A stretch of 64,000 nt of DNA from positions 22,213,317 to 22,277,316 of the forward strand of contig NC_092671.1 of assembly GCF_964355755.1 (NCBI RefSeq). Reading direction: 5' to 3'. The position numbers were made by a program, and so were the translations under genes. Below, in pieces: positions 38,538-53,500 of the stretch. The notes under the pieces were generated by a model, which was not told where the DNA came from, ran no database searches, and saw only the letters and a program-made list of their open reading frames with translations. Position 1 is the first letter of the stretch. Each line of letters begins with the position of its first letter. Source of the DNA: Antedon mediterranea (taxonomy: Eukaryota; Animalia; Echinodermata).

Positions 38538-41500
38538 TTTCAAAAACAATACTTATTTTCAATTTAAAAAAAAAAAAAAATATTCCTAGAGGTTCGAACC
38601 CACTACTGACAGAATTCAAACCTGAGCATTACCGGTTACGCCACAAACCAGTAGATGAGTGAAGAGCTGATAATAGTCTATTTATATGAAATGAATGATC
38701 CATCAATGTAAAATGAAGTTATGCAACTTTGTTTCTGATTTAAAAAAAGGTCCACTTGGTTAGGCTTGACATTTAAAACCATAAAAATATCTCACTTTCA
38801 AAAACAATATTTATTTTCAAATAAAAAAAAAAGAAAAAAAATATCCGTAGAAGTTCGAACCCACTATTGAAATCACTCAAACCTGAGCATTACCCGTTAC
38901 GCCGCAAACCAGTATATGATTGAAAAGCTGATAATAGTCTATTTATATGAAAAGGATGATCAATCAATGAAAAATAATGCCATGCAACTTTGTTTCTGAT
39001 TTTAAAAAAGGTTCACTTGTTTAGGCCTGACAGTTGCAACCCTCAAAATATCTCACTTTCAAAAACAATATTTATTTTCAATTAAAAAAGAAGAAAAAAA
39101 TACCCGTATAGGTTCGAACCCACTACTGAGAGCACTCAAACCTGAGCACCCGTTACGCCACAAACCAGTAGATGACTCAGGAGCTGATAATAGTCTATAT
39201 ATATGAAATGAATGATCAATCAATGAAAAATAATGCCATGCAACTTTGTTTCTTATTTTAAAAAAGGTCCACTTGTTTAGGCCTGACATTTACAACCCTC
39301 AAAATATCTCACTTTCAAAAACCATATTTATTTTCAATTTAAAAAAGAAAAGAAAAAAAATATCCCTATATGTTCGACCCACTACTCAGAGCACTCAAAC
39401 CTGAGCATTACCCGTTACGCCACAAACCAGTAGATGACTGAAGAGCTGATAATAGTCTATTTATATGAAATGAATGATCAATCAATGAAAAATAATGCCA
39501 TGCAACTTTGTTTCTGATTTAAAAAAAGATCCATTTGTTTGGGCCTGACATTCACAACCCTCAAAATATCTCACTTTCAAAAACAATATTTATTTTCAAT
39601 TTAAAAAAAAAACAAATCCCTAGAGGTTCGAACCCACTACTGAGAGCACTCAAACCTGAGCATTATCCGTTACTCCACAAACCAGTAGATGACTGAGGGG
39701 CTGATAATAGTCTATTTATATGAAATAAATGATCAATCAATGAAAAATAATGTCATGCAACTTTGTTTCTGATTTTAAAAAAGGTCCACTTGTTTAGGCC
39801 TGACATTTACAACCCTCAAAATATCTCACTTTCAAAAACAATATTATTTTCAATTAAAAAAAAAAAAGAAAAAAAATATTCGTAGAGGTTCGAACCCACT
39901 ACTGAGAGAACTCAAACCTGAGCATTATCCGTTACTCCACAAACCAGTAGATGACTGAGGGGCTGATAATAGTCTATTTATATGAAATAAATGATCAATC
40001 AATGAAAAATAATGTCATGCAACTTTGTTTCTGATTTTAAAAAAGGTCCACTTGTTTAGGCCTGACATTTACAACCCTCAAAATATCTCACTTTCAAAAA
40101 CAATATTATTTTCAATTAAAAAAAAAAAGAAAAAAAATATTCGTAGAGGTTCGAAACCACTACTGCGAGAACTCAAACCTGAGCACTACCGGTTACACCA
40201 CAAACCAGTAGATGACTGAAGAGCTGATAACAGTCTATTTATATGCAATGAATGATCAATCAATGAAAAATAATGCCATGCAACTTTGTTTCTGATTGAA
40301 AAAAATGTTCACTTGTTTAGGCCTGACATTTACAACCCTCAAAATATCTCACTTTCAAAAACAATATTTATTTTCAAATAAAAAAAAATATCTTTACAGG
40401 TTGGAACACGCTACTGAGAGCACTCAAACCTGGGTATAACCCGTTACGCCACAAACCAGTAGATAACTGAAGCGCTAATAATAGTCTATTTATATGAAAT
40501 TAATGATCAATCAATGAAAAATAATGCCATGCAACTTTGTTTCTGATTTTAAAAAAGGTTCACTTGTTTAGGCCTGACATTTACAACCCTCAAAATATCT
40601 CACTTTCAAAAACAATATTATTTTCAATAAAAAAAAAAAAGAAATAACATATCCGTAGAGGTTCGAACCCACTAGTGAGAGCACTCAAACTTGAGTATTA
40701 CCCGTTAGGCCACAAACCAGTAGATGACTGAAGAGCTGATAATACTCTATTTATATGAAATAAATAATAAATCAATGAAAAATAATGCCATGCAACTTTG
40801 TTTCTGATTTTAAAAAAGATTCATTTGTTTAGGCTTGACATTTACAACCCTCAAAATATCTCACTTTAAAAAAAATATTTATTTTCAATTAAAAAAAAAA
40901 GAAAAGAAATATCCCTAGAGGTTCGAACCCACTACTGCGAGCACTCAAACTTGAGCATTACCCGTTACGCCTCAAACCAGTAGATGACTGAAGAGCTGAT
41001 AATACTCTATTTATATGAAATAAATAATAAATCAATGAAAAATAATGCCATGCAACTTTGTTTCTGATTTTAAAAAAGGTTCACTTGTTTAGGCCTGACA
41101 TTTACAACCCTCAAAATATCTCACTTTCAAAAACAATATTTATTTTCAATTAAAAAAAAAAGAAAAGAAATATCCCTAGAGGTTCGAACCCAATACTGCG
41201 AGCACTCAAACTTGAGCATTACCCGTTACGCCACAAACCAGTAGATGACTGAAGAGCTGACAATACTCTATTTATATGAAATAAATAATAAATCAATGAA
41301 AAATAATGTCATGCAACATTGTTTCTGATTTTAAAAAAGGTTCACTTGTTTAGGCCTGACATTTACAACCCTCAAAATATCTCACTTTCAAAAACAATAT
41401 TTATTTTAAATAAAAAAAAAAAAGAAACAAAATATCCGTAGAGGTTCGAACCCACTAGTGAGAGCACTCAAACTTGAGCATTACCCGTTACGCCACAAAC

Positions 41501-44500
41501 CAGTAGATGACTGAAGAGCTGATACTAGTCTATTTATATGAAATGGATGATCAACCAATGAAAAATAATGCCATGCAACTTCGTTTCTGATTTTATAAAA
41601 GGTTCACTTGTTTAGGCCTGACAGTTGCAACCCTCAAAATATCTCACTTTCAAAAAAAATATTTATTTTCAATTAAAAAAAAAAAGAAAAAAAAATACCC
41701 GTATAGGTTCGAACCCACTACCGAGAGCACTCAAACCTGAGCATTACCCGTTACGCTTCAAACCAGTAGATGAGTGAAGAGCTGATAATACTCTATTTAT
41801 ATGAAATAAATAAGAAATCAATGAAAAATAATGCCATGCAACTTTGTTTCTGATTTTAAAAAATGTCCACTTGTTTAGGCCTGACATTTACAACCCTCAA
41901 AATATCTCACTTTCAAAAACAATATTTATTTTCAATTAAAAAAAAAAAAGAAAAAAAATATTCGTAGAAGTTGGAACCCACTACTGCGAGAACTCAAACC
42001 TGAGCACTACCGGTTACGCCACAAACCAGTAGATTACTGAAGAGCTGATAACAGTCTATTTATATGAAATGAATGATCAATCAATGAAAAATAATGCCAT
42101 GCAACTTTGTTTCTGATTGAAAAAAATGTCCACTTGTTTAGGCCTGAAATTTACAACCCTCAAAATATCTCACTTTCAAAAAAAATATTTATTTTCAATT
42201 AAAAAAAAAAGAAAAGAAATATCCCTAGAGGTTCGAACCCACTACTGCGAGCACTCAAACTTGAGCATTACCCGTTACGCCTCAAACCAGTAGATGACTG
42301 AAGAGCTGATAATACTCTATTTATATGAAATGAATAATAAACCAATGAAAAATAATGCCATGCAACTTTGTTTCTGATTTAAAAAAAGGTTCACTTGTTT
42401 AGGCCTGACATTTACAACCCTCAAAATATCTCACTTTCAAAAACAATATTTATTTACAATTTAAAAAAAAAAAGAAAAAAAATATCCCTATAGGTTCGAC
42501 CCACTACTCAGAGCACTCAAACCTGAGCATTACCCGTTACGCCACAAACCAGTAGATGACTGAAGAGCTGATAGTCTATTTATATGAAATGAATGATCAA
42601 TCAATGAAAAATAATGCCATGCAACTTTGTTTCTGATTTTAAAAAAGATCCATTTGTTTAGGCCTGACATTCACAACCCTAAGAAATATCTCATTTTCAA
42701 AAAAAATATTTATTTTCAATAAGAAAAAAAAAAGCAATATCCGTACAGGTTGGAACCCGCTACTGAGAGCACTCAAACCTGGGTATTACCCGTTACGCCA
42801 CAAACCAGTAGACAACTGAAGAGCTGATAATAGTCTATTTATATGAAATGAATGATCAATCAATGAAAAATAATGCCATGCAACTTTGTTTCTGATTTTA
42901 AAAAAGATCCATTTGTTTAGGCATTCACAACCCTAAAAAATATCTCATTTTCAAACAAAATATTTATTTTCAATAAGAAAAAAAAAAGGCAATATCCGTA
43001 GAGGTTGGAACCCGCTACTGAGAGCACTCAAACCTGGGTTTGTAAATAAAAAAAATCAATAAAAAAAAATATCCTTACAGGTTCGAACCCACTAGTGAGA
43101 GCACTCAAACCTGAGCATTACCCGTTACGCCACAAACCAGTAGATGACTGAAGAGCTGATAATAGTCTATTTATATGAAATAAATAATAAATCAATGAAA
43201 AATAATGCCATGTAACTTTGTTTCTCATTTAAAAAAGATCCATTTGTTTAGGCCTGACATTCACAACCCTAAAAAATATCTCATTTTCAAAAAAAATATT
43301 TATTTTCTATTAAAAAAAAATCCCTAGAGGTTCGAACCCACTTCTGAGAGCACTCAAACCTGAGCATTATCCGTTACGCCACAAACCAGTAGATAACTGA
43401 AGAGCTGATAATACTCTATTTATATGAAATGAATAATAAATCAATGAAAAATAATGCCATGCAACTTTGTTTCTGATTTTAAAAAAAGGTTCACTTGTTT
43501 AGGCCTGACATTTACAACCCTCAAAATATCTCACCTTCAAAAACAATATTTATTTTCAATTAAAAAAAAAAATAAAAAAAAATACCCGTATAGGTTCGAA
43601 CCCACTAGTGAGAGCACTCAAACTTGAGCATTACCCGTTACGCCACAAACCAGTAGATGACTGAAGAGCTGATAATAGTCTATTTATATTTTCAATTTAA
43701 AAAAAAAAAATCCCTAGAGGTACGAACCCACTACTGAGAGAACTCAAACCTGAGCATTACCGGTTACGCCACAAACCAGTAGGTGAGTGAAGAGCTGATA
43801 ATAGTCTATTTTTATGAAATGAATGATCCATCAATGTAAAATGATGTTATGCAACTTTGTTTCTGATTTAAAAAAAGGTCCACTTGGTTAGGCTTGACAT
43901 TTACAACCCTCAAAATATCTCACTTTCAAAAACAATATTTATTTTCAAATAAAAAAATAAAGAAAAAAAATATCCCTAGAAGGTCGAACCCACTATTGAA
44001 ATCACTCAAACCTGAGCATTACCCGTTACGCCACAAACCAGTATATGACTGAAGAGCTGATAATAGTCTATTTATATGAAATGAATGATCAATCAATGAA
44101 AAATAATGCCATGCAACTTTGTTTCTGATTTTAAAAAAGGTTCACTTGTTTAGGCCTCACATTTACAACCCTCAAAATATCTCACTTTCAAAAACAATAT
44201 TTATTTTCAAATAAAAAAAAAGAAAAAAAATATCCCTAGAAGTCGAACCCACTATTGAAATCACTCAAACCTGAGCATTACCCGTTACGCCACAAACCAG
44301 TAGATGACTGAAGAGCTGATAATAGTCTATTTATATGAAATGGATGATCAATCAATGAAAAATAATGCCATGCAACAATAGTCTATATATATAAAATGAA
44401 TGATCAATCAATGAAAAATAATGCCATGCAACTTTGTTTCTGATTTTAAAAAAGGTCCTCTTGTTTAGGCCTGACATTTACAACCCTCAAAATATCTCAC

Positions 44501-47500
44501 TTCCAAAAACCATATTTATTTTCAATTTTAAAAAAACAGAAAAAAATTATCCCTAGAGGTACAACCCACTACTCAGAGCACTCGAACCTGAGCATTACCC
44601 GTTACGCCACAAACCAGTAGATGACTGAAGAGCTGATAATAGTCTATTTATATGAAATGAATTATCAATCAATGAAAAATAATGCCATGCAACTTTGTTT
44701 CTGATTTTTAAAAATATCCATTTGTTTAGGCCTGACATTCACAACCCTAAAAAATATCTCATTTTCAAAAAAAATATTTATTTTCAATAAGAAAAAAATA
44801 GCAATATCTCTAGAGGTTGGAACCCGCTACTGAGAGCACTCAAACCTGGGTATTACCCGTTACGCCACAAACCAGTAGATAACTGAAGAGCTGATAATAG
44901 TCTATTTATATGAAATTAATGATCAATCAATGAAAAATAATGCCATGCAACTTTGTTTCTGATTTTAAAAAAGGTCCACTTGTTTAGGCCTGACATTTAC
45001 AACACTCAAAATATCTCACTTTCAAAAACAATATTTTTTTCAATAAAAAAAAAAAAAAAAAAATATTCGTAGAGGTTCGAACCCACTACTGCGAGAACTC
45101 AAACCTGAGCATTACCCGTTACGCCTCAAACCAGTAGATGACTGATGAGCTGTTAATACTCTATTTATATGAAATTAATAATAAATCAATGAAAAATAAT
45201 GCCATGCAACTTTGTTTCTGATTTTAAAAAAGGTTCACTTGTTTAGGCCTGACATTTACAACCCTCAAAATATCTCACTTTCAAAAACAATATTTTTTTT
45301 AAATAAAAAAAAAAAAATATCCGTAGAGGTTCGAACCCACTAGTGAGAGCACTCAAACTTGAGCATTACCCGTTACGCCACAAACCAGTAGATAACTGAA
45401 GAGCTGATAATAGTCTATTTATATGAAATGAATGATAAATAAATGAAAAATAATGCCATGCAACTTTGTTTCTGATTTTAAAAAAGGTCCACTTGTTTAG
45501 GCCTGACATTTACAACCCTCAAAATATCTCACTTTCAAAAACAATATTTATTTTAAATAAAAAAAAAAAAGAAACAAAATATCCGTAGAGGTTCGAACCC
45601 ACTAGTGAGAGCACTCAAACTTGAGCATTACCCGTTACGCCACAAACCAGTAGATGACTGAAGAGCTGACAATACTCTATTTATATGAAATAAATAATAA
45701 ATCAATGAAAAATAATGCCATGCAACTTTGTTTCTGATTTTAAAAAAGGTCCACTTGTTTAGGCCTGACATTTACAACCCTCAAAATATCTCACTTTCAA
45801 AATCCATATTTATTTTCAATTTAAAAAAAAAAAGAAAAAAAATATCCCTAGAGGTTCGACGCACTACTCAGAGCACTCAAACCTGAGCATTACCCGTTAC
45901 GCCACAAACCAGTAGATGACTGAAGAGCTAATAATAGTCTATTTATATGAAATAAATGATCAATCAATGAAAAATAATGCCATGCAACTTTGTTTCTGAT
46001 TTTAAAAAATATCCATTTGTTTAGGCCTGACATTCACAACCCTAAAAAATATCTCATTTTCAAAAACAATATTTAATTTAAATAAAAAAAAAAAGAAACA
46101 AAATATCCGTAGAGGTTCGAACCCACTAGTGAGAGCACTCAAACTTGAGCATTACCCGTTACGCCACAAACCAGTAGATGACTGAAGAGCTGATACTAGT
46201 CTATTTATATGAAATGGATGATCAACCAATGAAAAATAATGCCATGCAACTTCGTTTCTGATTTTATAAAAGGTTCACTTGTTTAGGCCTGACAGTTGCA
46301 ACCTTCAAAATATCTCACTTTCAAAAACAATATTTATTTTCAATTAAAAAAAAAATAAAAAAAAATACCCGTATAGGTTCGAACCCACTACCGAGAGCAC
46401 TCAAACCTGAGCATTACCCGTTACGCTTCAAACCAGTAGATGACTGAAGAGCTGATAATACTCTATTTATATGAAATTAATAATAAATCAATGAAAAATA
46501 ATGCCATGCAACTTTGTTTCTGATTTTAAAAAAGGTCCACTTGTTTAGGCCTGACATTTACAACCCTCAAAATATCTCACTTTCAAAAACAATATTTATT
46601 TTCAATAAAAAAAAAAAAGAAAAAAAATATTCGTAGAAGTTGGAACCCACTACTGCGAGAACTCAAACCTGAGCACTACCGGTTACGCCACAAACCAGTA
46701 GGTTACTGAAGAGCTGATAACAGTCTATTTATATGAAATGAATGATCAATCAATGAAAAATAATGCCATGCAACTTTGTTTCTGATTGAAAAAAATGTCC
46801 ACTGGTTTAGGCCCGACATTTACAACCCTCAAAATATCTCACTTTCAAAAAAAATATTTATTTTCAATTAAAAAAAAAGAAAAGAAATATCCCTAGAGGT
46901 TCGAACCCACTACTGCGAGCACTCAAACTTGAGCATTACCCGTTACGCCTCAAACCAGTAGATGACTGAAGAGCTGATAATACTCTATTTATATGAAATG
47001 AATAATAAACCAATGAAAAATAATGCCATGCAACTTTGTTTCTGATTTAAAAAAAGGTTCACTTGTTTAGGCCTGACATTTACAACCCTCAAAATATCTC
47101 ACTTTCAAAAACAATATTTATTTACAATTTAAAAAAAAAAGAAAAAAAATATCCCTAGAGGTTCGACCCACTACTCAGAGCACTCAAACCTGAGCATTAC
47201 CCGTTACGCCACAAACCAGTAGATGACTGAAGAGCTGATAATAGTCTATTTATATGAAATGAATGATCAATCAATGAAAAATAATGCCATGCAACTTTGT
47301 TTCTGATTTTAAAAAAGATCCATTTGTTTAGGCTTGACATTCACAACCCTAAGAAATATCTCATTTTCAAAAAAAATATTTATTTTCAATAAGAAAAAAA
47401 AAAGCAATATCCGTACAGGTTGGAACCCGCTACTGAGAGCACTCAAACCTGGGTATTACCCGTTACGCCACAAACCAGTAGATAACTGAAGAGCTGATAA

Positions 47501-50500
47501 TAGTCTATTTATATGAAATGAATGATCAATCAATGAAAAATAATGCCATGCAACTTTGTTTCTGATTTTAAAAAAGATCCATTTGTTTAGGCATTCACAA
47601 CCCTAAAAAATATCTCATTTTCAAACAAAATATTTATTTTCAATAAGAAAAAAAAAAGGCAATATCCGTAGAGGTTGGAACCCGCTACTGAGAGCACTCA
47701 AACCTGGGTTTGTAAATTAAAAAAATCAATAAAAAAAATATCCTTACAGGTTCGAACCCACTAGTGAGAGCACTCAAACCTGAGCATTACCCGTTACGCC
47801 ACAAACCAGTAGATGACTGAAGAGCTGATAATAGTCTATTTATATGAAATAAATAATAAATCAATGAAAAATAATGCCATGTAACTTTGTTTCTGATTTA
47901 AAAAAAGATCCATTTGTTTAGGCCTGACATTCACAACCCTAAAAAATATCTCATTTTCAAAAAAAATATTTATTTTCTATTAAAAAAAAAATCCCTAGAG
48001 GTTCGAACCCACTTCTGAGAGCACTCAAACCTGAGCATTATCCGTTACGCCACAAACCAGTAGATAACTGAAGAGCTGATAATACTCTATTTATATGAAA
48101 TGAATAATAAATCAATGAAAAATAATGCCATGCAACTTTGTTTCTGATTTTAAAAAAAGGTTCACTTGTTTAGGCCTGACATTTACAACCCTCAAAATAT
48201 CTCACCTTCAAAAACAATATTTATTTTCAATTAAAAAAAAAGAAAAAAAAATACCCGTATAGGTTCGAACCCACTAGTGAGAGCACTCAAACTTGAGCAT
48301 TGCCCGTTACGCCACAAACCAGTAGATGACTGAAGAGCTGATAATAGTCTATTTATATGAAATCAATGATCAATCAATGAAAAATAATGCCTTGCAACTT
48401 TGTTTCTGTATGAAAAAAATGTTCACTTGTTTAGGCCTGACATTTACAACCCTCAAAATATCTCACTTTCAAAAACAATATTTATTTTCAAATAAAAAAA
48501 AAATATCCTTACAGGTTGGAACCCGCTACTGAGAGCTCTCAAACCTGGGTATTACCCGTTACGCCATAAACCAGTAGATAACTGAAGAGCTGATAATACT
48601 CTATTTATATGAAATGAATAATAAATCAATGAAAAATAATGCCATGCAACTTTGTTTCTGATTTTAAAAAAGATCCATTTGTTTAGGCATTCACAACCCT
48701 AAAAAATATCTCATTTTCAAACAAAATATTTATTTTCAATAAGAAAAAAAAAAGGCAATATCCGTAGAGGTTGGAACCCGCTACTGAGAGCACTCAAACC
48801 TGGGTTTGTAAATTAAAAAAATCAATAAAAAAAATATCCTTACAGGTTCGAACCCACTAGTGAGAGCACTCAAACCTGAGCATTATCCGTTACGCCACAA
48901 ACCAGTAGATGACTGAAGAGCTGATAATAGTCTATTTATATGAAATAAATAATAAATCAATGAAAAATAATGCCATGTAACTTTGTTTCTGATTTAAAAA
49001 AAGATCCATTTGTTTAGGCCTGACATTCACAACCCTAAAAAATATCTCATTTTCAAAAAAAAATATTTATTTTCTATTAAAAAAAAAAATCCCTAGAGGT
49101 TCGAACCCACTTCTAAGAGCACTCAAACCTGAGCATTATCCGTTACGCCACAAACCAGTAGATAACTGAAGAGCTGATAATACTCTATTTATATGAAATG
49201 AATAATAAATCAATGAAAAATAATGCCATGCAACTTTGTTTCTGATTTTAAAAAAAGGTTCACTTGTTTAGGCCTGACATTTACAACCCTCAAAATATCT
49301 CACCTTCAAAAACAATATTTATTTTCAATTAAAAAAAAAAGAAAAAAAAAGCAATATCCCTAGAGGTTGGAACTCGCTAGTGAGAGCACTCAAACTTGAG
49401 CATTACCCGTTACGCCACAAACCAGTAGATGACTGAAGAGCTGATAATAGTCTATTTATATGAAATCAATGATCAATCAATGCAAAATAATGCCTTGCAA
49501 CTTTGTTTCTGATTGAAAAAAATGTTCACTTGTTTAGGCCTGACATTTACAACCCTCAAAATATCTCACTTTCAAAAACAATATTTATTTTCAAATAAAA
49601 AAAAAATATCCTTACAGGTTGGAACCCGCTACTGAGAGCTCTCAAACCTGCGTATTACCCGTTACGCCATAAACCAGTAGATAACTGAAGAGCTGATAAT
49701 ACTCTATTTATATGAAATGAATAATAAATCAATGAAAAATAATGCCATGCAACTTTGTTTCTGATTTTAAAAAAGGTTCACTTGTTTAGGCCTGACATTT
49801 ACAACCCTCAAAATATCTCACTTTCAAAAACAATATTTATTTTAAATAAAAAAAAAATAGGAACAAATTATCCGTAGAGGTTCGAACCCACTAGTGAGAG
49901 CACTCAAACTTGAGCATTACCCGTTACGCCACAAACCAGTAGATGACTGAAGAGCTGATAATAGTCTATTTATATGCAATGAATGATCAATCAATGAAAA
50001 ATAATGCCATGGAACTTTGTTTCTGATTGAAAAAAATGTTCACTTGTTTAGGCCTGACATTTACAACCCTCAAAATATCTCACTTTCAAAAACAATATTT
50101 ATTTTCAAATAAAAAAAAATATCCTTACAGGTTGGAACACGCTACTGAGAGCACTCAAACCTGGGTATAACCCGTTACGCCACAAACCAGTAGATAACTG
50201 AAGCGCTGATTATAGTCTATTTATATGAAATTAATGATCAATCAATGAAAAATAATGCCATGCAACTTTGTTTCTGATTTTTAAAAAGATCCGTTTCTTT
50301 AGGCCTGACATTGACAACCCTAAAAAATATCTCATTTAAAAGAAAAATATTTATTTTCAATAAGAAAAAAAAAGCAATATCCCTAGAGGTTGGAACCCGC
50401 TACTGAGAGACCTCAAACCTGGGTATTACCCGTTACGCCACAAACCAGTAGATGACTGAAGAGCTGATAATAGTTAATTTATATGAAATTAATGATCAAT

Positions 50501-53500
50501 CAATGAAAAATAATGCCTTGCAACTTTGTTTCTGATTGAAAAAAATGTTCACTTGTTTAGGCCTGACATTTACAACCCTCAAAATATCTCACTTTCAAAA
50601 ACAATATTTATTTTCAAATAAAAACAAAATATCCTTTCAGGTTGGAACCCGCTACTGAGAGCTCTCAAACCTGGGTATTACCCGTTACGCCATAAACCAG
50701 TAGATAACTGAAGAGCTGATAATACTCTATTTATATGAAATGAATAATAAATCAATGAAAAATAATGCCATGCAACTTTGTTTCTGATTTTTAAAAAGGT
50801 TCACTTGTTTAGGCCTGACATTTACAACCCTCAAAATATCTCACTTTCAAAAACAATATTTATTTTAAATAAAAAAAAAAATAGGAACAAATTATCCGTA
50901 GAGGTTCGAACCCACTAGTGAGAGCACTCAAACTTGAGCATTACCCGTTACGCCACAAACCAGTAGATGACTGAAGAGCTGATAATAGTCTATTTATATG
51001 CAATGAATGATCAATCAATGACAAATAATGCCATGCAACTTTGTTTCTGATTGAAAAAAATGTTCACTTGTTTAGGCCTGACATTTACAACCCTCAAAAT
51101 ATCTCACTTTCAAAAACAATATTTATTTTCAAATAAAAAAAAATATCCTTACAGGTTGGAACACGCTACTGAGAGCACTCAAACCTGGGTATAACCCGTT
51201 ACGCCACAAACCAGTAGATAACTGAAGCGCTGATTATAGTCTATTTATATGAAATTAATGATCAATCAATGAAAAATAATGCCATGCAACTTTGTTTCTG
51301 ATTTTTAAAAAGATCCGTTTCTTTAGGCCTGACATTGACAACCCTAAAAAATATTTCATTTAAAAGAAAAATATTTATTTTCAATAAGAAAAAAAAAGCA
51401 ATATCCCTAGAGGTTGGAACCCGCTACTGAGAGCACTCAAACCTGGGTATTACCCGTTACGCCACAAACCAGTAGATAACTGAAGAGCTGATAATAGTCT
51501 ATTTATATGAAATTAATGATCAATCAATGAAAAATAATGCCATGCAACTTTGTTTCTGATTTTAAAAAAGGTCCACTTGTTTAGGCCTGACATTTACAAC
51601 CCTCAAAATATCTCACTTTCAAAAACAATATTTTTTTCAATAAAAAAAAAAAGAAAAAAAATATTCGTAGAGGTTCGAACCCACTACTGCGAGAACTCAA
51701 ACCTGAGCATTACCCGTTACGCCTCAAACCAGTAGATGACTGAAGAGCTGATAATACTCTATTTATATGAAATGAATGATAAATAAATGAAAAATAATGC
51801 CATGCAACTTTGTTTCTGATTTTAAAAAAGGTTCACTTGTTTAGGCCTGACATTTACAACCCTCAAAATATCTCACTTTCAAAAACAATATTTATTTTCA
51901 ATTTAAAAAAAAAAAATCCCTAGAGGTACGAACCCACTACTGAGAGAACTCAAACCTGAGCATTACCGGTTACGCCACAAACCAGTAGGTGAGTGAAGAG
52001 CTGATAATAGTCTATTTTTATGAAATGAATGATCCATCAATGTAAAATGATGTTATGCAACTTTGTTTCTGATTTAAAAAAAGGTCCACTTGGTTAGGCT
52101 TGACATTTACAACCCTCAAAATATCTCACTTTCAAAAACAATATTTATTTTCAAATAAAAAAATAAAGAAAAAAAATATCCCTAGAAGTTCGAACACACT
52201 ATTGGAATCACTCAAACCTGAGCATTACCCGTTACGCCACAAACCAGTATATGACTGAAGAGCTGATAATAGTCTATTTATATGAAATGAATGATCAATC
52301 AATGAAAAATAATGCCATGCAACTTTGTTTCTGATTTTAAAAAAGGTTCACTTGTTTAGGCCTCACATTTACAACCCTCAAAATATCTCACTTTCAAAAA
52401 CAATATTTATTTTCAAATAAAAAAAAAAGAAAAAAAATATCCCTAGAAGTCGAACCCACTATTGAAATCACTCAAACCTGAGCATTACCCGTTACGCCAC
52501 AAACCAGTAGATGACTGAAGAGCTGATAATAGTCTATTTATATGAAATGGATGATCAATCAATGAAAAATAATGCCATGCAACAATAGTCTATATATATA
52601 AAATGAATGATCAATCAATGAAAAATAATGCCATGCAACTTTGTTTCTGATTTTAAAAAAGGTCCACTTGTTTAGGCCTGACATTTACAACCCTCAAAAT
52701 ATCTCACTTCCAAAAACCATATTTATTTTCAATTTAAAAAAAATAGAAAAAAATTATCCCTAGAGGTACAACCCACTACTCAGAGCACTCAAACCTGAGC
52801 ATTACCCGTTATGCCACAAACCAGTAGATGACTGAAGAGCTGATAATAGTCTATTTATATGAAATGAATTATCAATCAATGAAAAATAATGCCATGCAAC
52901 TTTGTTTCTGATTTTTAAAAATATCCATTTGTTTAGGCCTGACATTCACAACCCTAAAAAATATCTCATTTTCAAAAAAAATATTTATTTTCAATAAGAA
53001 AAAAATAGCAATATCTCTAGAGGTTGGAACCCGCTACTGAGAGCACTCAAACCTGGGTATTACCCGTTACGCCACAAACCAGTAGATAACTGAAGAGCTG
53101 ATAATAGTCTATTTATATGAAATTAATGATCAATCAATGAAAAATAATGCCATGCAACTTTGTTTCTGATTTTAAAAAAGGTCCACTTGTTTAGGCCTGA
53201 CATTTACAACCCTCAAAATATCTCACTTTCAAAAACAATATTTATTTTAAATAAAAAAAAAAAAGAAACAAAATATTCGTAGAGGTTCGAACCCACTAGT
53301 GAGAGCACTCAAACTTGAGCATTACCCGTTACGCCACAAACCAGTAGATGACTGAAGAGCTGATAATACTCTATTTATATAAAATAAATAATAAATCAAT
53401 GAAAAATAATGCCATGCAACTTTGTTTCTGATTTTAAAAAAGGTCCACTTGTTTAGGCCTGACATTTACAACAAAATATCTCACTTTCAAAAACAATATT

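Noticed and set aside
28986-39289. Other short ORFs in or near the island (28986, 29258, 30741, 32071, 32459, 33179, 33883, 33938, 35609, 38465, 39059)
   Set aside because: Alternate frames of the LINE, TIR, satellite or AT-rich DNA with no recognisable motifs.
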